Assembly (NCBI GenBank): GCA_030264375.1
Contig: JASCQW010000132.1
Span: 36,419,632 to 36,483,631, forward strand
From: Carcharhinus longimanus
Taxonomy: Eukaryota
Reading direction: 5' to 3'
Length of the DNA: 64,000 bases
Under the pieces are notes generated by a model, which was not told the DNA's origin, did not search any database, and was given only the letters and a program-made list of their open reading frames with translations. Positions 1 to 10,700 of this stretch are shown here, piece after piece. How positions within the stretch are numbered: position 1 is the stretch's first letter; every line of letters begins with the position of its first letter. The translations under genes were made by a program, and so were the position numbers.

Positions 1-781
1 ACTTTAGTAGCAATAATACGAAGACAGATTATCACTTGAATGGGTGTAAATTGAGAGAGGTGGATACTGAATAAGAGCTTGGAGTATTTGTGCGTCAGTT
101 ACTGAAAGTGAGTACGTAGGTACAGCAGACAGTAAAGAAGGCAAATGGCATGTTGGCCTTCATAGCGAGAGGATTTGATTTTAGGGATAGGGATGTTTAG
201 CTGCAATTGTATAGGACATTGGTGAGGTGGTGGAGTATTGTGTGCAGTTTTGCTGTCCTTATCTGAGGAAAGATGTCCTTGCTATAGACAGAGTACAGCA
301 AAGCTTTACCAGGCCGATTCCTAGGAATGGCAGGTCTGTCATATGAGGAAAGACTTAGTCAGTTAGTATTATATTCACTGGAGTTTAGAAGAGTGAGAGG
401 AGATCTGTTGAAACTTATAAAATTCTAACAGGGTTAGACAGGGTAGATTCAGAAAGAACATACCCAGTGGTGAGGAAGTCCAGACCTAGGGGTCATAGTA
501 TGAGGATAAGAGGCAAACCTTCTAGAGCTGAGGTGAGGAGAAATTTCTTCACCCATGGTGGGGGATAAATGTGTGAAATTCACTAGCACAGAATGTAGTT
601 GAGCCCAAAGCACCGTCTGATTTCAAGAAGAAATTAGATATTAGCTCTTGGGGCTAAAGGGATCAAGAAATATAGGGGGGAAAAATTAGGATATTGAATT
701 TGATGATCATCCATGATCAAAGCGAATGGCGGAGCAGGTTCGAAGGGCTGCATGGCCTACTCCTGCTTGTAGTTTCTATGT
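1..781 (+). mobile_element. CR1-type LINE, 3' portion (degenerate RT C-terminus plus 3'UTR), cut by window edge
   Basis: Degenerate CR1 ORF2 C-terminal sequence (LEYCVQF-like, tggagtattgtgtgcagttt) and typical tail gaatggcggagcaggttcgaagggctgcatggcctactcctgct...ttctatgt. Confidence 0.85.
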
Positions 782-1187
782 AGGCCACAAAGGCTCATGA
801 TGTGATTCCATCCAAATCTACCTCATCAGGCCAAGATTGCTGGATAAGTTTCAGTAAAGCACACTGACTGAGTGCAGCTTTGTAGTTCTTTCATTATTTT
901 CCCCCTAATACTCTCTCACCATAGAAATGCATATCCATGTACAGTTTCGGACAAAATTTAACCAAAAATATTGCAAAACTATACATGCTTAGATGTGTAA
1001 TCTTTTATTATATTAATGCTACATTTTATATGCTCTCAAATGGTAAGTTAGCAAGCAGCTGAAATGGATGGTTAATTCCTTAAAGCTCTACGTTGTGAAT
1101 ATTTCCACAAAAATTAGCAGCAAATTTATTTTCACAATGCAAAACACCTGTACTTACCACTGAACACTGAGAACAAAACTGACTTAC

Positions 1188-1283
1188 CTGCATTCTGTAG
1201 AGTTTCAATATTTTGTGGTCTTGTTGCAAGTTCTGCAATTGTCTGTACAAATTGTGCTCTAGCCTTCTGGTATTGCTCAAAAA
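1188..1283 (-). CDS. SPAG6: SPAG6 coding exon 2 (96 nt)
   Basis: acag|TT TTT GAG CAA TAC...CAG AAT GCA G|gtaagt; phase 1-1. Confidence 0.95.
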
Positions 1284-2498
1284 CTGTGGTGGGGGAGGGA
1301 AAGGATGGGGTAAAAATAAAAGTAAACACATTCTTGAAACATTAATTCTCATATATAATGATTCAACAAGTGTTCTAAAACAAAGCAGATAATACTAACT
1401 GTGGTTCAATAGTAGAACTCTTGCCTTTGAATCAGACAGTTAGGGGTTCAAGTCTAACTCCAGAATATAAAATATAAGTTGACACTTCAGTACAATACCA
1501 AGAGAGTGCTGCACTGTGTTGGAGGCCCTGTCTTTCAAATGAGCTGTTAAAAGTGAAGTCCTGCCTTCCCACTCAGGGGCTATAAAAGATTCTGTGGCAC
1601 TGTTTGAAGAAATGGGAAATTCCCCTGGCTAATCTTTACCCCTCAAATAATATCACAAAATAGGTTTATCACCACACTGGTGCCTGTGGTAAACTGTAGT
1701 CCAGTTTCTGACATGACAACATTAACTACAATTTGTATAAAATTCATTGACTATGAAGCACTTTGGGACATCCTGTGATGCTATATAAATGCAAGTATTT
1801 ACTTTTGTATAAATAATCACTGCTTAATTACAATTTCAGATCAAATAAATAACTTTACATCTTTCCCTTGTCTATTAAGATCAATAATTTTTAACTGATT
1901 CATTTCTAATGAAAAGCAGCCAGCATAATCAAGGACCCCACGCACCCTAAACATACTTTCTTCCACCTTCTTCCATTGGGAAAAAGATACAAAAGTCTGA
2001 GGTCATGTACCAATTGGCTCAAGAACAGCTTCTTCTCTGCTACCATCGGACTTCTGAACGGACCTACCTCATATCAAGTTGACCACAGAATCACTACAGA
2101 GGAGGAGGCCATTGGACCCATTGAGCTTGCACTGACAACAATCCCATCCAGGCTCTATCCCCATAACCCCATGTATTTACCCTGCTAGTACCCATGACAC
2201 CAAGGGACAATTTGTCATGACTAATCAACCTAACTCGCACATCTTTGGACTGTGGGAGGAAACCGGTCTTTCTCAACACCCTAGCTATGATTGTAACACT
2301 CCATTCCACACCCTCTCCTTTCCTTCTCTATGAGCGGTATGCTTTGTCAGTAAATTGCACAAGTAACAATACTTTTCACTGTAAACCAATACATGTGACA
2401 ATAATAAATCGAATCTAACAGTAGCCTTCATGAAACAAGTCAATAATGCTTATAATTTCTGAAAGATGATTACCTTGTAAAGCTAATCTTTGAGTCAT
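1188..2498 (-). CDS. SPAG6: SPAG6 (sperm-associated antigen 6, armadillo-repeat axonemal protein), 5' part only: coding exons 2498-2474 and 1283-1188; gene continues beyond left edge
   Basis: Spliced translation MTQRLALQ-V-FEQYQKARAQFVQTIAELATRPQNIETLQNA(G) matches the SPAG6/PF16 N-terminus (human recalled as MSQRQVLQVFEQYQKARTQFVQ...); GT-AG junctions; lies downstream of BMI1 as in other vertebrates. Confidence 0.95.
1401..1800 (+). mobile_element. tRNA-headed Deu-domain SINE (SacSINE1-like), degenerate
   Basis: tRNA-like head (gtggttcaatagtag...ggttcaagtc), central tggcactgtttgaaga...ctggctaatctttacccctcaa block and tail gctatataaatgcaagt; similar copy at about 6880-7165. Confidence 0.65.
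1912..2418 (+). mobile_element. Rex1/Babar-like LINE 3' end, interrupted by a SINE
   Basis: Translation KAASIIKDPTHP..LLPLGKRYKSLRSCTNWLKNSFF..TIGLLN resembles the Rex1/Babar ORF C-terminus; 3'UTR ends tacatgtgacaataataaatc. Confidence 0.7.
2083..2266 (-). mobile_element. HE1/V-SINE-like shark SINE, 5'-truncated
   Basis: Aligns by eye with the fuller copy at 7472-7750 (atctttggactgtgggaggaaacc core, CR1-like tail). Confidence 0.75.
2474..2498 (-). CDS. SPAG6: SPAG6 first coding exon (25 coding nt, MTQRLALQ)
   Basis: gcaccATG ACT CAA AGA TTA GCT TTA CAA G|gtaatc; good Kozak context; phase 1 joins exon 2 in frame. Confidence 0.9.
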
Positions 2499-2612
2499 GG
2501 TGCCCGTACAGTGTGTGGATGATATATATTGGATCCCACACACACGGGATCTGGTGCCACGGCTGTGCTCTGTGCAGTGTCCAAGACAACCGGTGAATTG
2601 TGCTGTGCCGCG

Positions 2613-2626
2613 GTTACCACGGCGAC
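2613..2626. promoter_or_regulatory. RFX X-box-like element in the SPAG6 proximal promoter/5'UTR
   Basis: GTTACCACGGCGAC fits the imperfect X-box palindrome GTNRCC-N2-RGYAAC, about 115 nt upstream of the ATG of a motile-cilia gene, in a CpG-rich patch. Confidence 0.6.
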
Positions 2627-3384
2627 GAACCGGAAGGGGATGCTGGCCGATCCTTGGTGGAGGTCGCCACTTTGTGATTGTGAGCTGAAGCGCGTGAGCG
2701 GAGTGGCTTGCAGAGTGTGAGCTCCGCTCATTATTACCGTTGTCACTTGTTGTTGGCGAGTGTTTAGAGTGCGAGTTTGCAACTTGAAGCTCTCAAGCAT
2801 TCCCCCCCCCCACTTTTTTTCTCTCTTGTTCCCCGCTTTGATTGACAAGCACTCCGTGCATGAATTGTTCGCATTTATCCTGTCTGTAGCAGCAGCAGCC
2901 AGCCAGCCTCAAGCTTTGTTATAGTGCTGTGGTTCTCGGCCTGTGTCGCCGATTCTACAGTGCAAATGCCATATTTTCCGATGAAAAATATAATCGGCTG
3001 TGCAATACTCCACAGTACAATTCACCTGAACATGTATTAAGCATGCAGTTTGTTGTACAATCTTGTTAAGCATGCTCTCTTGGGACTAAAGAAAAATTTA
3101 TGTCAGGAACCCCAAGAGTAAAACACGAATTCAGTTAAAGATATTCACATCTTGAAAGGTTAAAGCGGAAACGATTCAAGTAGCAGCAAATGCAAACGGG
3201 AGCTCTGTCTCAGCATCTTTGCGATCGTTCTGAATACAAACGCCTTTGCTCAATATTAAAGTGATTTGTGGCTGGTGTTTTGACTTTTGATTGCGTAACA
3301 TGTGGAGAAATCGTTTATAGAGTCAATGTCATGCAACAAATGCTTCTTGACTGGCGGTCCTACCTAGATACCAAGAAAATCAAA

Positions 3385-3830
3385 ATCACGGAATTGTTAC
3401 ATTGCAGAAGGCGGCGTTCAGCCCATCGTGCCTGCACCGGCTCCCCAATGAGCAATACACTTAGTGCCACTTGCCTCCCTCTCCCTACACATTCTTCTTT
3501 TTCAGATAAGCCTTTTGAATGCTTGATTGAACCTGGTTCCACCATACTGTCAGGCACTGCATTTAGACCTTAACCACTCCCTGCGTGAAAACGTTTTTCC
3601 TCGTGTCATTAAGTGGTTATTTTAACCAATTATTATAAGTCTGTTCTCCCTAGTTCTTGATCCTTTTGCCGTGAACACAGTTTCTCCCTTTCTACTCTAT
3701 CCAGGACCCTCAATTTTGAATACCTCTGTCAAATCTCCGCTCAGCCTTCTTTTCTCCAAGGAAAACAGTTCATTTTTCCCAATCAATTGTCATAACTTGC
3801 GTTTTTCACCCCTGGAACTAGTCTGGTGAA
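3385..3830 (-). mobile_element. Degenerate CR1-type LINE 3' fragment
   Basis: Reverse-strand CR1 tail (ttcagcccatcgtgcctgcaccggct) followed by ttttgaatacctctgtcaaatctccgctcagccttct. Confidence 0.65.
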
Positions 3831-5829
3831 CAATCATAACCATTTTCGCAGAACAAATGTGTGCCTATTATGTATGGAACAATATAGGTGAAAAAATAAT
3901 TCGCCAAGAACAATCCATGTTTAGACTGCGTATACGTCTATGTTCTAAAATACAATGTTCTACTTTTTGAAAAGGACTAGCCAGCTACCACGAACAGCAA
4001 CTGAAATTGTAAATTGTGTCCATCTAACTAAGGCCTGAATTTAAGTTACTCACATTGATATGTTAAACATATACAATTTATTTTACATCTCAACCCTCTT
4101 TTAATGGTCGTGTGTTTGTAAGAATATACAAAAAGCTTCTTTGGATGCTGCCATTCATATCCAGTTTGTCCTGCTACTCATGTTTTGTTCTCCGTTTTCA
4201 TTAACATGTGCCTTAGGTCTTCTGGTTCAACTGCATCCACTCACATTTTAGAAACATTTATATTGGCAGCCTCCATCATCACTGTCTTAAAAAGGGAAAG
4301 GTTTCCCAAGATTCAAATGATATTTTATTACATATATTTTCAACTCCTGAGCATACTCGTCTCTACGTGTCCACTTCAATAGGATTTTCTTAGGAAAAAA
4401 GATTGAACGAATCCTTCAGTTAAATTACGTTATAACGGATTTAAGTTGCATACTTAAATCTGCATTACTTCCCAAACCTTATGAATTCTCTGCAATGCTC
4501 AGGGTGATTGCACCTGAATGTAAAACAAATATTAATGTCGTTCTCTAACGCTATACTTGTGTCAGATACTGATGACGCAGGCGCAAACGAAGCGCACACG
4601 ATGGGCATTTCCTCGCTTCGCGAAGAGCGATTAAGTTTTTAGTTTCGTTCCTTTTTGCCGATTTATGTGTCAATCGTGAAGTTTCACCAAACAGGTCAAA
4701 GTAAATAAATGACAACTGACGCAAAAATACTTGAACAAGAACTTACCTTTAAAATGTGAGGGTCGCCGCATGATAAACCAGTGCGAGTAACCATGTTTCC
4801 AAAATGCTGTGTGGAGTGGAAAGTGAAACTGTGAAACCAGTTTACTAACTCTGGCCGTCCTACATCTGACTTAATCCGTTACTGGGGTAATTACGCATCG
4901 ATCGGCATTTCAAGGCCCGCCTCTAGTATTTGAACGTCACAGCTTGGAGCTGCTGAACTGCATCTCATTGACCCGGCGCTAGGCTGTCAATCAGTAGCTT
5001 TTGTCGTAATGAAATGGCTGTTTAAGGAGGTCCGATATAATTTAGGGAATAGGTACGGAACATTCTACAAATGTCTCAATTATGATTTGGGTGTCATTAA
5101 ATATTCTATAATAATAACAGAAAAAATCCGAATATTTTAAAGATTACAATTTTATTGGTTGTCAGGATAAAAACCTACGTCTGAAGCCATTTGCGAGGCG
5201 AGATCGGTTAGTAATTTCGACATTTGTCTATCTTTGAAAATTGAACTGTTGTGATTGCATGGGCCAAGCGCCAGTGATACTCAACATTCACACTGAAACT
5301 TTTGAACTTTCTCAGGGGCATTTAAGCAGCTCATTTGTCATCTCATTACTATATCCCGTTAAACAGTGTTAAGAATGAATGCTTAGACATTGGCGAGTTC
5401 TGATATGTTCAGGTTGCGGAGCGCACGTTTGTATTTTTTTTAAACATATTCGGTTATATATTACTGCCCAGTAATGGATCAGCGTATTGATCAAAAGGTT
5501 TTGCCAGCTTCATGTATTAAAACTATTGGCTGCACGACCACCAAATCTTATAACCCTTGGAGAGACTAAGGCGATAGTCTGTTTAATGATTAACTAAATT
5601 TACAGGTCTGAATAGGGAGGAGGGGATTAGCCATAGCAACTAGCACATAACTTCATAATTTTATACAAACAATTGGATTGGCACCATAACCTACTGAGGA
5701 ATGTAAACCTTAAACACGTGATCTTCATCCGTGCTCGCTTTAGCCAACCTACTTCAATACAAAGCAGTTCCATGTTTCCACTGGAATTGATTATCCAGGG
5801 AAAAAAGCTCTGAAACTTACTGTTTACAC

Positions 5830-5892
5830 TAGAAGACCATAAGACATAGGAGCAGAATTAGGCCACTCGGCCCATCGAGTCTGCACCGCCAA
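5830..5892 (-). mobile_element. Short CR1/SINE 3'-tail fragment
   Basis: agaccataagacataggagcagaattaggccactcggcccatcgagtctgcaccgcca is the reverse complement of a tail like that at 725-781. Confidence 0.65.
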
Positions 5893-6879
5893 TGTTGGCG
5901 TTTGCTGTTGGTCTTCTCCTGAAGAATAGTTTGTGCAATATTGTATTCATGAACTGTTTTCTCACCAAAAGAAATATTTCTATAGTCCAATACTATAATG
6001 TCAATATCCACCATTTATTTTTTAAAGTGCATTTTAAAGGATATCTTTGGAATTATTCAAAACTAGTACGTACTAGTACACTCGGTTCCAAACAAATGCA
6101 AAGCTACAAATATTCGATATGCAAACAACGCACAATCTGGAATATAACAGCCAGACGAGTTCAATATTTGTATATAATGACGATACGACGCTAATGCTGC
6201 GGCAGTTTTTCCATGAGTTGATATAAAAGGTCGCATAGCCCACATAAGGCGCTGTTGCTGCTGGGTTAAACCCAAAACCAGCCCACACGGAAACTAAAAA
6301 AAACAACATCGAAGGAGTGGATTTCCGTAACGAAACTCTGGTTGATTTTTGCCATCATTTAATGTATTTTGCATTCAACATATCAAGCAAACTGGCGAGG
6401 AACTACTAGAATATGAAAGGTTCGCATTGTAATGCCATCGCAACCTGCTCAAGGTGAAATTGTGATGACATTCGTGTGATAACTCCGGTCTCTTGCTACC
6501 ACGGGGGAAGAAACGAGGCAAGAAAAATGCGCATGTGCAGGCACTTACACTACGTATAATGTGCTTAATAATGATATTTATCAAATGTGAGATGTCATGA
6601 TAGGTAAATCTTCTTTGCCACTCTATGTATTCAAATACAAGAATATTTTTCCTCTTATTTTTTACTTTAAACTTCTATTTCTAAGAATAGTTATATAGAG
6701 GAAATATCCCAAACGTGCAGAACAGATATGGTGTTGGAGAACGAACTGCGTGTGGTTCTTCTGTTCTCTGCACTACTTTTCATAGATATTTTTAAAAATA
6801 TGTTTGGCTTCAAGTAAATTATTCAACTCGACTGTGGGACAAATCATCGTCAAAAGTGCCCTGGCTCAAATGGAAGGCT

Positions 6880-7165
6880 AAATGGCTCCGTCTGTCCTGT
6901 CATGTAGATTATGGCACTAGTTCGAAGCAGAGCAGAAGAATTATACCTCTATCCTGGCCAATATTTATCCTTCAATCAACATCACAGACATGATCTGTTT
7001 ATTATTACATTGCTGTCAGTGGGTAATTGCTGTGTGCAAATTGCCTGCCGCATTTCCTTTATTGCAATGATGACTACACTTCACAAAAAAAAAGTCCATT
7101 AGCTCTGGAACGCGTTGCGAAGTCCTGTGGTCCTGAAAGTCGCTATATGAATGCATATCATTATT
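6880..7165 (+). mobile_element. Deu-domain SINE fragment
   Basis: atggcactagttcgaag...cctggccaatatttatccttcaatcaacatcac...tgctgtgtgcaaattgcctgccgcatttcc...gctatatgaatgca; homologous to 1401-1800. Confidence 0.65.
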
Positions 7166-7471
7166 TTGTTTTTATAACAATTCATCCCTGCTTTTTTCGG
7201 CACTTTGGGGCACTAATTGCACCATCTGCTAAATCCACTGGCCTCTCAAATCATAAAATACGACTGGCCTGCATTGGATATACTGCTGTGATTCAAGGTT
7301 GGCAGAAAATGTAAACTTTCTTTGCCGTTTAGATAAGCAGACAATGATATAGCACTGATGTTACTATTCAAAATCACATAATCATCAACTACACTCACAG
7401 CCTTTCTTTAGGTTATTACTCAAAATGATTTCGGTTCCAGGCCTGTCATTTGCAAGAAGAAACCGAACATT

Positions 7472-7750
7472 CATAGAATCCTTGCAGGGATAAGGCCATT
7501 CGGCCGATCGAGTCTGCACCGACCACAATCCCATCCGGGCCTATCACCGTAACCCCACATATTTACCCTTCTAATCCCCTGATACTAAGGGGCAATTTAG
7601 CATGGCTAATCCACCTAACCTACACATTTTTGGACTGTGGAAGGAAACCCCGGGAAACACGGGGAGAATGTGCAAACTCCGCAGTTATCCGAGGCCGGAA
7701 TTGAACCTGGGTCCCTAGCATTGTGAGGTAGCAATGCCACTATGCCACCA
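7472..7750 (-). mobile_element. HE1/V-SINE-like shark SINE, near full length
   Basis: tRNA-derived head with B-box on minus strand (ccaggttcaattcc), central core ggagtttgcacattctccccgtgt, CR1-like tail. Confidence 0.8.
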
Positions 7751-10700
7751 TTAGTTGCTTTCGGTCTCAGACAGGATACGGATCTTTAATTTGACGTTCG
7801 CTTGATGCATAAAGAAAAACGTTGAACCTATAAATGTGCATTCCATTGAGTAATAAGCTGCAGTAGAAATTACTAAACAAGTAGTCATGCGTTTATTAAC
7901 GCAATATCTACGTGCTTTTACGAAGGGCTATTCGAGCTGGCTATGGAACATTCGTTTGGTCCATTCTCAAGTTGACATTTTTACAGATACAACGTGTTGC
8001 TAATGAGTCATTTTACATTTCAGAAGTAGTAACATTAATGCCAGGTGTAGTAACATCATTACATATCATGGTCATATCTCATGGCCCATTAACACCCACA
8101 GGAGCGAGGAAACTAATAATGTCAAGCCTGTGAATAACAATGTTTGTTCCCACATGTCAAATTCATGTATACGAAATATTGTACATCGTGTCTTTTTTTT
8201 TCCCTTCTGAGCTTCATCGACTGTTCCCTCCCACGCACCGTACAGGGGCCCGAGGAATACAGATTAGGTTATATATATTGATGTGCAGTTAAAAAAATCA
8301 CACTTCCAAATGAAATGAAGCTCATTTTTTTGAACAACCAATCTCATGTGAAGTAAAAGTGACGTTTTTAATGACAACGTCTTTCTGTGCACGTTCTTAC
8401 GTGTTTTTGGAGCGCCGCTCTTTTTCTAAGCTGTACGCTGGATTTTACGGTTCGTTTTTGCCACTAGCATCTTGCCACTGTATTCAACCTTCCCTGCACA
8501 ACACTAACTACCCACCCACTTCAACTGAAATAGGCGAGGCGAAATTCTACTCGTAAAGTCATTATGCAGTGTTAATGAAGCTGATAGTTTTACTGAAACG
8601 ATGGTCAGAATCCATTGCGGGCTGGCGTGGGGGCGGGGAGGTTGGACGAGGGGGGACACGCTGAGAAAATGTTTCTCCCACAGGAGGTGTTGGGTGGGTG
8701 GCGGTGGTGGACGTCAGTGTTTGGGAAATATTGTCACAGTGATACTGGATATAGGCCTTATTGGAATCCATGCATCATGTTTATTTTTAAACAAGGGTTC
8801 CTCGTATTCCGGAAATAAAATTGACCTTCTTCACCTACGCCTGAAAGACAAAACTAACTTTTGCCTTAGTCAGTGTGGAATGGGAGTATTTATTTAATTG
8901 CAATGGGGGGGAGGGGATTGCATTCGACGTACATCGTACGATATATTCAAAAGGATGCCGTTTATCAGAAAAAATATTCAGGTTAAAGCAAAAGCCTGCC
9001 CACTAAGTTCCAAACTGCAACTAGGTAAGAGGCGAGAGGCAATTTGTGGAATGAAAGTGGGAGAATCGCTGTTTTGTTTTCCCCATATTGTTCATTTTGC
9101 CTCTATGGTAGCCACTGGCAAAAATGTAGACAACCTTACAATTCAATTAAGCAATTTAATTTTGTACGGTTTGATCATGGTCTGCCGACCGGCCTTTTGC
9201 GTTGTATTTTCCCATTGCACGTCAAAAGTTGACTCAGCACGTTCACCGCCCACGAAGCAGCGGCAGCTGTGATTATGGCTGAATTCTTCGAATTCAAAAT
9301 GATGCGTGAACATCTCAACACCAACAGTAATTGGTGAAATGCTTCGAGATTTCACTCCCCAAACCCCACAGCTACAAGGGAATGATCAGATTATTAATCA
9401 CGTGCATTTTTAGGGGTATCCGACCTGTGATATTGAAGACGTAGCTCTCTCGTTTTTTGTGTTGTTTGCAGTTAATTAGCTTGATTATAAGATGTAGTGC
9501 ATCCGCGGCTGGTTTCCATTTGTTTAGGGAACGATGTAATTGATGTCACTGGGCTGTAGCTTCACAGCGTCGAAAGAACTATGGTAGCCGTGTTCACACA
9601 TGCTTCTAATCTATCCTTGCGGGAACCTGAACGGGAACATGTGGCGTTTTATTCGTTTAGTGCATTCATATGGCATGTTTTAAGTCTCTGACATTTTTCC
9701 TATTCGCCATTAAGGCAAGATGACCTGTAGATAACAATGTCACGGTAGCGCCAGCTTCTGGGTCGAGAAGGTTGTAGCTTCAAGCCATCATCAGATGTGC
9801 CAGCTTTCAGTTAGGGCGTTAAACCTCGGTGCATTCTGTGTTATGGTTTCCACAGCATGGTTTAACCTGGCTGGAATAAAATGGAAATGAAAACTGGGAA
9901 TTCGAAATGCAAACAGAATGCTGAAAATACACATAGATCGGTCAGCGTGCATGGAAAGAAGGTAGATGCTAAACGACTTGCTGCGTATTTCCAGAATTTC
10001 TTGTAATTATTAATTATGAAGTCCTTCACCATTATGATGAATATTCTTACCTCAGTCAACACGACCAGTCGTTGTTGCATTGTTTTAACTATGTTCCCAA
10101 CGGCTGCCATATTTGCTTACATAAAAACGGTCACTGCGCTTCTACTATATTAGCAGTAATAACTTACAACCCAACTGGCGTCAGTTGGAAATCTCGATTA
10201 AACGTGAGACCACCTGATCAGATTATCTTCTATTAACCTCCCCAAACTGAACAAACGCCGACAGTGCCAAATAGAAATGAAGCTAGAGTTAAGTCGCAGT
10301 CCAAGCAGGACAACGATGTAGAATTTGATTCAGGACTTCATAATGTTTGTTCCATTCTGTTAAGGAGGCGTGTCAATGATCAGGAGGACCGATCTCCGCG
10401 AAGGAGGCGAGAGCTACAAGCGACAATTACTCTTATATCTTCCTTCTTGAGGGGGGGAGACCTGGACTCCAACTATTTCCACCAGAAAGCAAATGAACCA
10501 ATACTTTTGTGCAATAATCTATTCAAACGAGTAGATGTTAGAAAATGCAGCCAGCAACTAATGTTACATTGTGGCCAAAAGTAACGTTGGCTGCCAGGAC
10601 TAAGCAACCATGATGTGAAGAGTTCTATTTCCTAGTGGTTGTCCTTCTTTAAATATCAAAGCAGCCAGGGACAGTGTGCGCTTTCCCAAAATGAATATAA

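Noticed and set aside
7690-7750. tRNA-like A/B boxes here and near 1400, 42500 and 43900
   Set aside because: These are SINE heads and do not form cloverleafs
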